A stretch of 63,326 nucleotides of DNA, counting the filler, from Octopus bimaculoides (lineage: Eukaryota), in NCBI RefSeq assembly GCF_001194135.2. It is 9 parts of 7 records of this genome, joined end to end, with 100 filler letters (N's around TTAATTAATTAA, not from the genome) between each part and the next. Parts side by side here need not be neighbours in the genome. Positions count along the whole stretch, not along the records: positions 1 to 19,119 come from NC_068981.1; positions 19,220 to 21,495 come from NC_068982.1; positions 21,596 to 27,839 come from NC_068982.1; 6 more parts are not named here. One strand, 5' to 3'. Positions within the stretch are counted from its first letter, which is position 1. Each line of letters opens with the position of its first letter. The position numbers were made by a program, and so were the translations under genes. Positions 12,298 through 24,824 of the stretch are shown piece by piece. The notes under the pieces are model-generated. The model was not told the DNA's origin. It did not search any database and saw only the letters and a list, made by a program, of their open reading frames with translations.

Positions 12298-12462
12298 CCA
12301 GCTGAAGTTGGGTCACGAGGATTCGTGGCTGCATCAACCTGTTGGCTACTCGGCCAGTTGGGTATCGAAGGCTGCAGCAGAAGAACTGCCACAATCAAAC
12401 GGTTGTCTGATGTTGCTGAAAAGAGCACAATGTGGATATGGGTGAAGAGAAATGAACGATAG
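12298..12462 (+). mobile_element. 3' end of a HERO/NeSL-type RLE non-LTR retrotransposon ORF
   Basis: Open 54-aa frame PAEVGSRGFVAASTCWLLGQLGIEGCSRRTATIKRLSDVAEKSTMWIWVKRNER*, matching the PVEVGxRGF...AEKxSxWLW C-terminus of HERO-like elements. Confidence 0.7.
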
Positions 12463-12649
12463 ACCTAATTATGGATTCCATTGGTTATTTACAGGAATAG
12501 GAAAAAGAAGAGAACCGGTTCCTTTGTCGGTCAGAGTGGCCGAGTGGGCTGAAACACAAACCTGGGAACACAAGTTTACAAAAAAAAAAACAACAAAAAA
12601 ACGACCCAGGTTCAAATCCCGCTGGAGACAGGATTTTGGAAAGCAGCAG

Positions 12650-13100
12650 CAAATCACCTAGATGTCATGACCTGTGTAGGTCAGGTAGAAGGGCTGAAAC
12701 ATTTGTCCGACGGGAGTTCTTCCTCTGAAGATCTCTCCTGTACGCTCGCATCGCGGCGAGTTTCTGTTATTCTTTTAGTGAAAAACTATAGCTTATAACA
12801 AAATTTTACTCGGATGGAGACTGTCCCTTTACGGTTGGAACGTATACTACTTTCTTTTCCAATTAGTTTATCATGCAGTTTTCGTCTTCGAACTCTTTGT
12901 TGATACATGTTAGGATGCAGAAGCCAGTTTTCATCTAAGGCAAGATTCCTTTAATTTGCCGAAAAATACACCTTTTGCGAAGTAGATATCATCCATCTAT
13001 TCGGCAAATATGGCTCTTTTAGCCTAATTGCTTCTGTGTGAAAACTTTAAGCTGGACATAATTCTTTTATCAGTATATATTCTGCCCACTTAATTTTGCT
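12650..13100 (-). mobile_element. Possible degenerate LINE ORF1 (Tx1-like) remnant
   Basis: Only weak, frameshifted resemblance (e.g. ENWLLHP); assignment tentative. Confidence 0.25.
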
Positions 13101-14415
13101 AGTTTTCCTCTACTATTTCTATTAACTTGCTGGTTTTGCTAACATCCCTCATCTATTTCTGTTAACTTGCTGGAGAAATACTATCTACTATCTCTCTTCT
13201 ATTTCTCCCAACTTAGTGGTTTTGCTTACATTACATTATTATTTTTATCATCTTGCTGGCCTTGGTGATTTCCCCCTTCTGTCTATGCCAACTTGTTCTC
13301 TGTTTTACTTCAACAGCTACTTGTCTACTGACTAAAACGAACAGGAGAACAATTTAAAAAATTGAATGGTAGAGGGTTAGTAGGTTAGTCAGAGATAATA
13401 GGGTTATTAGCAGGAGGAACAAAAGATGAAAACCTAAAGTAATTACTTGGATAAATTATTATTCGTATACGAATGTTTTTTTTCGGAACCAGCTAGTTAT
13501 CTATTTAGTGTATTGTTGTTATTAATGTTTGCGAATTACTTTGCGCTGTATTTCTATTGTTTATTTGTAACATTATTATTTTTTTTTTATCCTACACAGT
13601 TTCTGGCTATTCTAGGAATGTGAAACTTCCAATCGTCATTTCTAGTGCTTAATTAAATATCTGTATAAGAAAATAAATTCATGTCTGACGTAGCCTCAAA
13701 TATTGTTCATCAAATTCTAAACTTAAAAAAACGAGCTAAATGAAATTACACTGCTACGTTGGCAGTGTTCAGTCTCCAATCAAGAACGTTATAACAGCAT
13801 TGAAGCTCATAGTGGATAGTTGAAGCAACGGAGTGGTGAACAAAACGACTTTGTGGAATTTAGTCATGCTCCTTTTTTGTTCTGAGCTAACATCTAATTA
13901 GGCCAGCGTAGCCTTTTATTGTTCTGGAATAGACAAAGTACTGGGAGTGGCTCCAGCACACTATACTCTTCCCGAAAACGTGTGGCGTTGTGTTACTATT
14001 AGAAATCAAGATTGGATATAATGCAGTTGCTCGATATGCGAGAAATTGCTGCTAAACCTCTTCCAAAACACGCGTCATCATCTTAAAAGTGATACATTGG
14101 GCAATGTATTCCCTGATAGACAACACCAAAACTGATCATGACTGTAAGCTGAATTGGAGCTAAAGTAAAACAGTGTTTCAGGTCAACTAATCTTATGATT
14201 TTTAAGCCTCTTACCATATAAATTATATATGGTCAACAACAAAATCATAATTATAAGATTGTCACACACAAGTTATTTAAATCTCTTATTTTTATAGTCT
14301 ATAAATCATGCAAAAGTTTCTGTCATGATTACCAGATTTCTCGTTTTCTTTTCTTCACATCTTTACAAAAAAAAAAAAAAAAAAAATTTATATATTTTCC
14401 GNNNNNNNNNNTTCC

Positions 14416-14509
14416 GTTAATATATCTAGTCTCTCTACTGTTAATATATCTAGTCTCTCTACTGTTAATATATCTAGTCGCTCTATTGTTAATATATCTA
14501 GTCTCTCTT
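14416..14509 (+). repeat. 24-bp tandem repeat, ~4 copies (GTTAATATATCTAGTCTCTCTACT)
   Basis: Direct inspection; abuts a 10-N gap, so the array may be longer. Confidence 0.9.
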
Positions 14510-14705
14510 TCAGGCGGTGGACTGGCAGAATCGTTAGCACGTTGGACAAAATGCTTAGCTGCATTTCGTCTGTTATTACGTTCTGAGTTCAAATTCCATC
14601 GAGGTAGTCTTTGCTTTGCATCTTTTCGGGATCGATAAAATAACTACTAGTTGGGCACTAGGGTTGATGTAATGCTGGCCTAATGCCAAAATTTGAATCC
14701 AATAT
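14510..14705 (+). mobile_element. SINE (GGCAGAATCGTTAGC family)
   Basis: GGCAGAATCGTTAGCACG...GTTCTGAGTTCAAATTCC...CCAAAATTTGAA. Confidence 0.8.
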
Positions 14706-15194
14706 TTCTAGTCTCTCTCCTTCTCTGACTAAAGTAGGCACTGCATTTTTTTCTCCGAGAAATGCACCAGCAATGATCTTATATATTTTCAGGGTCTCCC
14801 TATACAAGTTCTCACCTGTATAGGATAACATAATAATAATTATGTCATAAATAAACAATAGAATACAGCGCAGAGTAATTCGCAAACATTGATAATCAAC
14901 AATTTTTTACATATAATTAAACACAACAATACACTGAATAGAAGTAAGGCAGTTATTTCAAACCGGACACCTTATCCGAATGCTTGCAACAAAGCGATTT
15001 CCTAAAGGGACCCTGGAGCCAAGTAGTAGCATAAAGTCGGCAGCGATTTTAGTCTAACACCCAAAAACTCAAGACAGAAGGAGCTTGAACAAATCCTGCA
15101 AGCCATTCTATTCAACGCTTAAGGAATTCCATCAATCTACCGCTCTGAACTACTTTCTTCACTTTATGAACTCTCATAAGATGAAAGAAATATT

Positions 15195-15300
15195 TGATGT
15201 CACTAGGATTTGAACTCAGGTCACAATGTGTCGAAACAAATACTGCCAGGTATCTTGTCCAACGCTCTAGCGACTCAGGCATTTCACCGCCGGCATTGCT
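15195..15300 (-). mobile_element. SINE 5' fragment (GGCAGAATCGTTAGC family)
   Basis: Reverse-complement match incl. GATTTGAACTCAG. Confidence 0.6.
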
Positions 15301-18300
15301 ACAACACCATTCAGTCACCACAGTACCGCATTTTTTTTTTCGCATTTTATTTTTAATTTGACAACGGAGTAACATAGTTGCTTCCCCTTTTTTTTTCTCA
15401 GAATTTGAGTTAATTACTGAATCAGGAATTAAAACCACAAAGTTGTTTAGCGATGGTACCTTATTACGTGGTTGAATAATTTTACTACACATCAGAGGAT
15501 GGCTTTTATCCTAACCGTTCAAATCATAACTAACATAGTGGACGGTTTCTTCTAGACAGAAACACATTTGAATTTTACTGAACAAGTTTAACTTCATGGA
15601 CGAAAAAAATACCATTCGAATCACAACCATTTGAATGATTATTATTTGTTGAATTTCATCTTAAATCTGTATGCATATATTTAATACAATATACTGACAA
15701 CTTCGAAGAATTTAAATTCACTACGACATAGATTAATCACCCAATAAGTATAAGCTCTACTGATATAATCAGAATATATATACGCGTCTACGGATGATAG
15801 AAATAACTATTTACATATATAGAACATAGATTATTTGATTTTAACCAAATTTTCATTTTCATCATTTCCCTTATGTTGAATATTAATTAGTTTTGTTCTC
15901 GAAGAGAGTAAGAATAACACAAACAAAAACAACAAAGTTATCTTGCTCCTGGAAAAAATAAAACCGAAAAAAAAAGGTGAAAAAAGCAAATAACGTGGTT
16001 ATTGAATACTACACCTGTACTTCATTAGCGGTAGGAAAGAAGTAAATCTAATTTTGCACTAGGAGCTAAAAGGGCAAAGTTTTTATCTCTATTATTGACT
16101 ATGAACTGCCTATGACTGTTGGTGAGGGACGGTACCTGGCTACGTGTTAGAATAATTCTGCTACACATTAGATGTTAATTTCATCTTAACCAAGAAAGAC
16201 ATAACCAGCAGGAAAGACAATTTTCCGAGGAAGAAACACATTTAAATATATTCTTCCATTCCCTATAAAGGATGCATCTAGTTCCATTTGTAGATTTTTA
16301 TGAGTTATAATCTCGGTTATTGTTGTTGGTGCTGAGCTTATTAGTTAACTTTATGATGGAACTTGCACCATGATGCACAATATTATCAATTTTATTCGCT
16401 TAAGTCTTTTAGAAGAAAGAGAAGAAAAGAAGACAAGAAAGAAGAGGAACGAGAGAGAAGGAGAATAAATATGTATATTCTGTAAAATAGACTGCAATAC
16501 TCAAAATGGCTATATTAATAACCAACTCAACTTACATAAATGATACGGACAACTCATATAGTGAATTCAATAAGCTGCATCAGTACGAATTTAGCTTAAT
16601 GACTCGTTGGACTTCCAACCACTTCAACAGCAAGAATATCTTTTCAAAAATTTCCAAAGGTTATCTTTTCAAGCTATCTATAGGCTGGGATCACTACCAG
16701 CAACACTAAATGATGCGATCATCATACGTATTCATACATGAGATATCATATAGCAGAGAAGTAACAAATAATTGCATGCCGTTTTTGTCGCATATTTGTA
16801 TCATAATTATGAAATACGATTTCGTTTTATCTCTGGTTTAATAATATCTTCCGTGAAGCTTTTCATTTAATAGCATTTAAAAAAAAATATATGGTTTATT
16901 CAAGAGGACAGAGCAGTGTCACCGACCCTGGCAGGTTTTCAGATATTGGTGAGAGTGATACAATTGTGGTTCGGTTCCAACATCCTGTAAGGCGACGCCT
17001 ACAGGAAAATAAAAACGAAACGTTAGTGAGAAGGAAGTTTCAAAGGGTTGATAATAAGGAAATAGGGATCAGTACAAGATTAAATAAAGTAGAATAGAAT
17101 GAAATGCATGTTAGAATAAATGTTATAAGACCTGGAAATATATTAAGTTTGTGGTAATTATTGAATTAGGGATGTAGTAATATTTTTGGACAGAGACTTT
17201 GTATCTTAAATCATGCACTCAGCATAGAATGAAATCATCTACTTTTAGTTGTAATATTCGCGGGCAGCAACACAGTGATGTAACAAAGCTGTGTACAATG
17301 ATATTTAACTTGTTATTCGACCGGTTTAGCTCGGAGATTAGTGAGTCTCTCCAGGTCGAGCTGTTACTTCTCCGCACTGAGAGGTCGTAACTTCTGTACT
17401 TTGGACATGCAATTAGAATGCCGCAGAAAAAAAAAAAAAATCAAAAAACAAAATCGCAAAGCATTTTCAAGCCAAGCCAATAGGTAGGAGATTAAGGTAG
17501 ACCAAAAATGAAATAGTTGGACAATATCCGTAGTTTCAGTTGGTCACTCTTGGGAATCCAGTTGGAAAGTGTAATGGATAAGTGCTTCTGAATGGACCTT
17601 GCGGAGGAGGTGCCTGGAAACTCTATCCCAACGACCTTCCCAGGAATACTGAATATTGTAGAAGATGGATGGATGATTGGTGTAGACTGGAACGTGGAAA
17701 GGCATACGTTACGGGAAGTGTCAATGAAAATACATGGCAACGGAATTTAGATGACGTCATCGGATTGTTGTGTTCGTGTTTATACTTCACTGTGCTTCAT
17801 CAGCTGTAGATACCGAACCGTCGTTCATAGCTCGCTACGGAATGCTGTTGTTATAGTTAAATAACAAAAAGTAAATTTGCTGATGAGTGCAGAGTTTTTG
17901 TCGAACTAGAATGAATTATGTTATACAGTTATATTTAACACGTTTGTGTACAGATAAACGTGGAAAGATGTTTGCCGCGGAAACAGATTCGTAAAAAACA
18001 GAAAAAGTCTTTAACCGCACTGGGATAGTCCAATTGATGTCATTCATAGCCTAGCATTTTCGCAGCAGGTCGTCTTTTCCCAACGGAAACTACTCCAAGC
18101 GATTGATTTACCTGCATAAAACCAGTTTATGGACCGTATAAAAGTTAGAGATAGGTTTTTCTTTTGATGTTTAATTGATGCTACATAATCATAAATTATT
18201 AACGAGACATTAAAAAGTTTAGAAATATTTCAAATTTTCATTTTTTATGTGTCTACAAAATATTATATGAAAAATGTCTAAAGTTATGTAAATGATATTT

Positions 18301-19119
18301 CATTTCTTGTTTTTGAGGTGTAGTGCACATGTGATCTCTTGTTTAAGATTGAAAGGTGTATAATTTGAGGAAGATTTAGCTGTTATTTCTTGTTGGTCAA
18401 AGAGCACTTAGAGGTTTTCTCATTGACAGCTGTCGTTTTATCGTTGTTATTGCTGTTGGCGTTGTTGTGTTGACATCGATCATTTATGATTGACAAATCT
18501 GTGATCAAGAGTTCCAATATCCAGTCTTTTATTCAGACACAACAAATCTGTGCTGTTTGGTCTGATTAATCACGGTTAATTGGTTGACCTAGGATAAACA
18601 ACAACACCAACAAAAACACTGAGACTACAACAAGTACCAACAACAAACGACAAGTGTTGTGAGCCAATGTAGAAGCCTTCGCGTGGTCCCTCAGTCTACT
18701 AAAAATATCATCCAAATCTCTTCCAAATCACACCGTCCCGTCTTTCAAAATGCGAGAACGCCCAATTCGATAATATAGTCAGTTGTTGATTTGAAGCTTA
18801 TTACAATCAAAAGCATTTCAGCCGTGACCATTGCGACATTTTTTACACTAATAGCGCATCATGAGTCAATGTACCCTGTTTTAAGATGGGAGGATGTGAT
18901 CTGAATAAGATTTAGTTGGTATTTTTGCCAGGTAAAGTAATCACATAGAAACTCCCTCACTGGCCTTACAAATAAGTTTGCTGTTTAATACAAAAGTAGC
19001 TCTGTTTGAGCTTATTTTTAACCAATGGCATTTCAGTTCTGACATCTCCCTTTATTTCAAAGGCATAATGTATCTAAGACTATATTTTTAAAAGTGTGTT
19101 TCGTTTTTCAGGAGATTGT

Positions 19120-19219
19120 NNNNNNNNNNNNNNNNNNNNNNNNNNNNNNNNNNNNNNNNNNNNTTAATTAATTAANNNNNNNNNNNNNNNNNNNNNNNNN
19201 NNNNNNNNNNNNNNNNNNN
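19120..19219. other. Scaffolding gap marker (44 N + TTAATTAATTAA + 44 N); also at 21540, 27884, 31912, 36525, 41302, 48127, 54001
   Basis: An identical 12-mer sits at the centre of eight ~100-bp gaps; assembly artefact. Confidence 0.95.
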
Positions 19220-19265
19220 TGTCCCAGCATGGGCGCTGTCTAATGACTGAAACAAGTGAAAGATG

Positions 19266-19306
<41 letters not shown>

Positions 19307-19810
19307 ATTTAGTTCATCCATAGCAGTACCAGTTGGTAGAATTTTTTTTATACATATGTTTCAGAATAAAGCGTTAGGTGAGTACAGAGAGTAAGAAGTA
19401 GTAACTAAATGAGAAGGGAGTAGGAATGACATAATCACGTTCATTAGCTAACAATTGTTTCTCTTTTAAGAAGTAGCACGCTTAGCTCTCAGTACTCTGC
19501 TCCTAATAAGAGAAAGAGCTGTAAATCAATGGAGTTGATTATGTCACACCTGTTCCCTTGTCATGCATTTAACACATGAACACACATGCACGCACACACA
19601 CATATGCACCCCCCACAAATATAATTCAATAAAATAAATTACTCACTCTGTTGCATAGCATATGAGCATCTGTTTTTTTTACTGACTCATAAAAAATTGG
19701 ACAACTTGCACACTGCTATATCATATAGAGTGTGTATTACCCTAGACCAATTATGATTTGTGTATTATAGCTGCTACTCCTGGCACTACGCTCTTTATAG
19801 TCTTTAAATG

Positions 19811-19860
<50 letters not shown>

Positions 19861-19864
<4 letters not shown>

Positions 19865-19951
19865 TCACAACAAACCACAACACATACCCAAGGCACACAG
19901 AGCTGCGCTCGGGAGTGCAGTGAAAGTTTGTGATAAAAATAGGACTACTGA

Positions 19952-19952
<1 letters not shown>
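19861..19952 (+). mobile_element. Extreme 3' end of an R4/Dong-like LINE between (AAT)n and (GAT)n tracts
   Basis: CACATACCCAAGGCACACAGAGCTGCGCTCGG...ACTACTGAAT closely matches the 3' UTR at 36820-36905. Confidence 0.75.
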
Positions 19953-20004
<52 letters not shown>

Positions 20005-20129
20005 AATAATGATTTGGCCTAGATCAGTGTGCAATATTAGTCATTAAGCACAGATAAGAGTGTCGTATTAGTCATTAAGCATCGAATTTGGCATAGATAA
20101 CTGTACAATGTTAGTCATGAAAAGGGGGC

Positions 20130-21433
20130 AGGTAGTCAACAGTGAAGGCATCCAATTACCAGATGGCCACACATTAAAATCATTGAAAGAAGGAATGAGT
20201 TATAAATAGCTAGGAGTATTATAATCTGCAGAAATGAAAACGAAAACTGAGAAGGAATACACCAGAATAGCGAGGAAGCTAATGAAGTCAAATCTAAATG
20301 GTCCGAATCTAGTGAAGACTGTAAATACTTGGGCAATATCATTACTTAGATACTCAGCAGTAGCAAAGTTAGACAGAAGAACTAGGAAGGGATTCAATAT
20401 GAATGTAGGACTTTACCCAAGAGCAGGAGTAGCAAGTTTATACTTACCTAGAAAGGAAGGTGGAAGAGGGTTAATATCATCAGAAGACTGTGGAGTTAGC
20501 TAGAATAGATATATACTCTTATGTAGGTAATAGTGAAGAAAGTTTAAGAGCTGCGAGAGTCACAGAAGGACATAGGTAACCAAAACGCCAAACGAAGTTA
20601 AAAACCAAAAAGAAAGAACAAAAGTTATCTGACTGGCCGGAGAAGGCTTTGTATGGTAGATTCCTAAAGATAGTTGTAATAAGTAGTTGTAGTGAGACAT
20701 GGTTATGGTTTCAGAATGAGGGAGACAGAAAATTTATCAGTAGCAACACAAGATCAAGTATTAAAGACTAATTGGATAAAAGCCAAGATATACAAAACCC
20801 AAGTTGATTCCCAATGTAGAATGTGTCACTCATATAGTAAGTGGATGTAGCATGCTGGTACTGAATACAAGAAAAGACACGACAACCTAGCGGGAACAAT
20901 CCAATGAGAGCTATGTAGAAAGCTAGGATTTGACTATACTGATAAATGGTATGAACATGAATCTAGTAAAGTATTAGAAAATAATAAATATAAGATGTTG
21001 TGGGATTTTAATATTCAGACTGACAGAGTAATAGAATCAAGAAGGCCTGATTTAGTAGTAGTAGATAACGAGAATAGAAAGTGCCAGATAATTGACTTTA
21101 CAGTCCCAAATGCTGAAAAAAAATCAATATGGAAGGTATAGGAAAATAGCAAAGTAACAGAACCTAACCATTAAATTACTGAGACGAGTAAAATGTATCC
21201 GAGTAGTTATAGGCGCATTAGGAGCTAACCCTAAAGATTTGAACAGATGGATAGAGGAAATAGGCATAAACCCCAGTTTAGTACAGCTGCAGAAAAGAGT
21301 GTTATTAGGGACAAATAGGTTACTTAGGAGGGTTCTTGGCATCTAAGGTTACTTGTTGTAGCCCAATGTTAGGAACTATTCTTTTCCAACAGTTTAATCT
21401 GTTGTGTGTTTAATAATAATAATAATAATAATA

Positions 21434-21495
<62 letters not shown>
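20130..21495 (+). mobile_element. 5'-truncated R4/Dong-clade RLE LINE (RT thumb, zinc knuckle, restriction-like endonuclease), pseudogenised
   Basis: LYLPRKEGGRGL, CRMC, EYKKRHDNL, KWYEHE, LWDFNIQTDRVIESRRPDLVVVD, IGALG, LQKRVLLGT motifs; ends in an (AAT)n(GAT)n tail. Confidence 0.92.
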
Positions 21496-21879
21496 NNNNN
21501 NNNNNNNNNNNNNNNNNNNNNNNNNNNNNNNNNNNNNNNTTAATTAATTAANNNNNNNNNNNNNNNNNNNNNNNNNNNNNNNNNNNNNNNNNNNNTATAT
21601 ATATATATATATATACATATATATACACACATATACACACATGCATACATACGTACACACACACATATATATGTATATATATTATATATATACATGTGCG
21701 TGTGTATACCATACACACACACACGGTTTGTGATTACATTGTCTGGCTAGAACATAAACACTAACCATTCATATAAATGATACAGAGAATTGCATACAAT
21801 ATTGGTTTATAATATTGTTTCTCTCCCTCTCTTTCTCTCTCTCTCTCTTTGCAGTCCATCAAGGTTGATGACGACGTTG

Positions 21880-22900
21880 TCTTCTTTCGTGACCTGACAG
21901 ATGATAGCTCAGGCCAATTCTGAGAAATTGTGCAGAAGATACCGCAGGGGAAATGTTAAAGTTGTGTTGGTTAGTTTCGGGATTCATGCCGACGTTGTTG
22001 CTTTCCCTCGATTCGCTGGTGTCGGCGTTGGTCGAAGACTTTGACTCCCATCTCATGAGAAATTTTGAAGCTGGAAGGAAGGAATGTTGCAAACCTGAAG
22101 AATTCTCTTCAGCTGATGTCCATGTCTCTTTTTTGAGGGCGATCTACAGCTTCGAGTTCTTCAAAGCTGATTTTCGAAAGGCGAATTTCAGGCAACAGGA
22201 TTATATGTCCTACCCAGCGCAAAAGACGATGGTTGAAGATGCATTTAGTAATTGTGATTCCTGTACGTTGAAGGATGTTATTTTGGGGAATCCTTTGATC
22301 CCAAGTGATACCAAGATTTTGTTGAAAGTACCGAACATGAAAAGCTTCAGGTTGTTCAATATGTCGTCTGTAAAGTGTCCTTCTTTCGCTGCCATACAGC
22401 AGCATTGATCGCAACAGCGGGGAGATTACAACAGCTCGATACACTACAATTTTTGTATGAAGAAGAAGACTTGAGTAGGCGAATACCCTGAATCTGATTT
22501 TTCCAAGCTAAGTAGCAGCCATATTGATGCGGTTGGTAATGTCTTCATCAATAAGTGTTGAATCTGAAATTATTCTTCCAAAAATGATGGTATATTTTTC
22601 TAAGGTATATATTTAAAATGTAGTTGTTGAGGAAGCTCATTGTCCGTGAATGATATTTGCTTGATCTCAGTCTTTTGGGGGTTGATGTTAAGTTCCAGTA
22701 AATGTAAGCATTGAGCAAAGACGACACGATGTACTGGAAGTGAGACGGGTCATGCAGCGTAGCAGCTAGATCATCAACGTAGTGAAGTTCGAAAACAGGG
22801 AGTGCTGAAACTGATTCAAGTGACCTTGAGTTGAAGCGGCAGCCGCCGAAACGGTCCTAAATATTAATACTATCTTCAGGGACAATATTGATTCTAGATG
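21880..22900 (-). mobile_element. 5'-truncated RTE-clade (BovB-like) LINE, pseudogenised
   Basis: Minus strand: HYVDDLAA (RT catalytic motif), INPQKTEI, YRAVV..LLYGSE.RTLYRRHI, LGITWDQRIP, LLRWVGHI. Confidence 0.9.
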
Positions 22901-22924
22901 TCGACGACCAAGGCATATATATCA

Positions 22925-22990
<66 letters not shown>

Positions 22991-24644
22991 ATACGTATAT
23001 AGGTGTGCGTGTGTAAATACATGAATCCATATGTAGATATAAGAAGTGAATATATTAACGTCGCTGTCAGTGAATATATTAACGTCTCTAGAAGTGTGTA
23101 TGTAAGTTGAGTAGATAATTTCCCAGCCAAGTGCAACAGAGATGCATTTTTAAGTCACTGCACTAGGAAATTCCCCTTTCCCATTAGCTGGTGAGCCCTC
23201 AGTTTCATCTTGAGCGTCCCAACCAAATACAAGTTGGCAGGTGTTGCAAACACTTGGCTTCTCATGAGGGCTCAGGACGTCTGGCGTGAGAACAAATTCA
23301 GAGAGGGCTTATATGGGCACATTCAGCCCATCTTTACTCTTATTGTTTAACTTAACTTAGGCTTTGCTGCTCAATGCTATTACGATGAACTGCAAGCTGT
23401 ATTACCACATGTTATATTTCGGAGACTTACACATTCCAGTGGATGGTTTTATAAAAGGTACGGTTATGAGAAACCTTTTTTGAGAAACAGATCAAATGAG
23501 ACACTGTATCTCACCAGGCGGGCTGCACTACTAAATAAATTCTAGGTTATTTTTCGATAGGTATGCCATCGAGAATTGCTCCGAGGACCGCGGTTTGCTC
23601 ATGACTGATATATGTATTAGTAGAATGTTTATTTCTCATTCAGCTACTATATTTTTCTGGAGATAATTTTTTCTTATTTTCAGATCTTTAAATACCTTTG
23701 ATCTTTGTCAAGTGATTAGCTTAACAAATACCCGGTACAAAATTCTCATAAACATAAGTGTATAAAGCATTCATATCATAGTTACATATATACGCTCATC
23801 AGCGATACATAAGTGAATAATTTCAGAAAAACAGAAAATTTCAATGTGGTTAATAAAAGATTGACGCAATAAACAAACAACAGCCATTACACTTCCTTTA
23901 GCTGAGCACGTTATGAATTCACGATGCATTTAAGTTTTCATCACAGTTGAGAACATCTGAAATTATTAAACAGAAACTTTAGTTTACGTTAATTCAGCTA
24001 GTAATTGTTACATTAATCATTTGATTCTGGCAATAATTGTTAAACTAATCATTAAACATTAAAAAGAAATATGAAAAGGAAAAAGAAAAAAGGAAATAAA
24101 AAGAAAAAAATCGAAGTAATTTAATAGCCTGAAAAATGAGGGGAAGAAATCTTTTGCAAAATGTATGAGTCGTTGCATCAAAATTACATTTGTTTGATCA
24201 TATGTTATTTCTGATCAATTATGATCTGACTCCAGAACAATAAGAGCAGTTAATGAAGCTTTTCCTCCTTGCTTCTTTCATTATTGGAAACAGTACTTCT
24301 CTCTCACTACAACTTCGCCTTAATTTTCTGAATATTCTCTTGTCCATTAGGCAGACGCGCTCATGCACGCACAACGAAACATATACACACAAAGATAACC
24401 AATACACAGTTAAATCCGTTTACGCACATGCGTATTTTGCAGCACAAAGACTCTTACATAAAATAAATGAGTAGACACTAACAAGAATGAAATATTTTTT
24501 ATGAAAGTAAGTGTTGTTAGTGCCTCAGTATAACTAAAGTATACTGGCTGAAACTACTGAAAGACTAAACGATAAAAATAACACACACATACACAAACAC
24601 ACACACACAAATACACACATGCATCCATATGTGTGCGTGTTTGT

Positions 24645-24790
24645 GAAAGTGTTTGGCCTATAGGTTAAGGGTGTTGTACTCATAATCGCTAGATTGTGGG
24701 TTCGATTCTCAGACCGGCGGTGCGTTGTGTTGTTTTTAACTAAACGATATTCCACGTTGTTCCAATCGACTCCGCTGTAAATAGATAAGC
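24645..24790 (+). mobile_element. tRNA-head SINE fragment
   Basis: TGGCCTATAGGTTAAGG (A-box-like) and GGGTTCGATTCTC (B-box-like), followed by a non-tRNA body. Confidence 0.7.
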
Positions 24791-24824
24791 CTACAACGGA
24801 CAGGTGTTTCGTTCAGGGAAACTT

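Noticed and set aside
23192-23290. HDV-like ribozyme interpretation of the multibranch structure
   Set aside because: P3/L3, P1.1 and J4/2 elements could not be placed on either strand.
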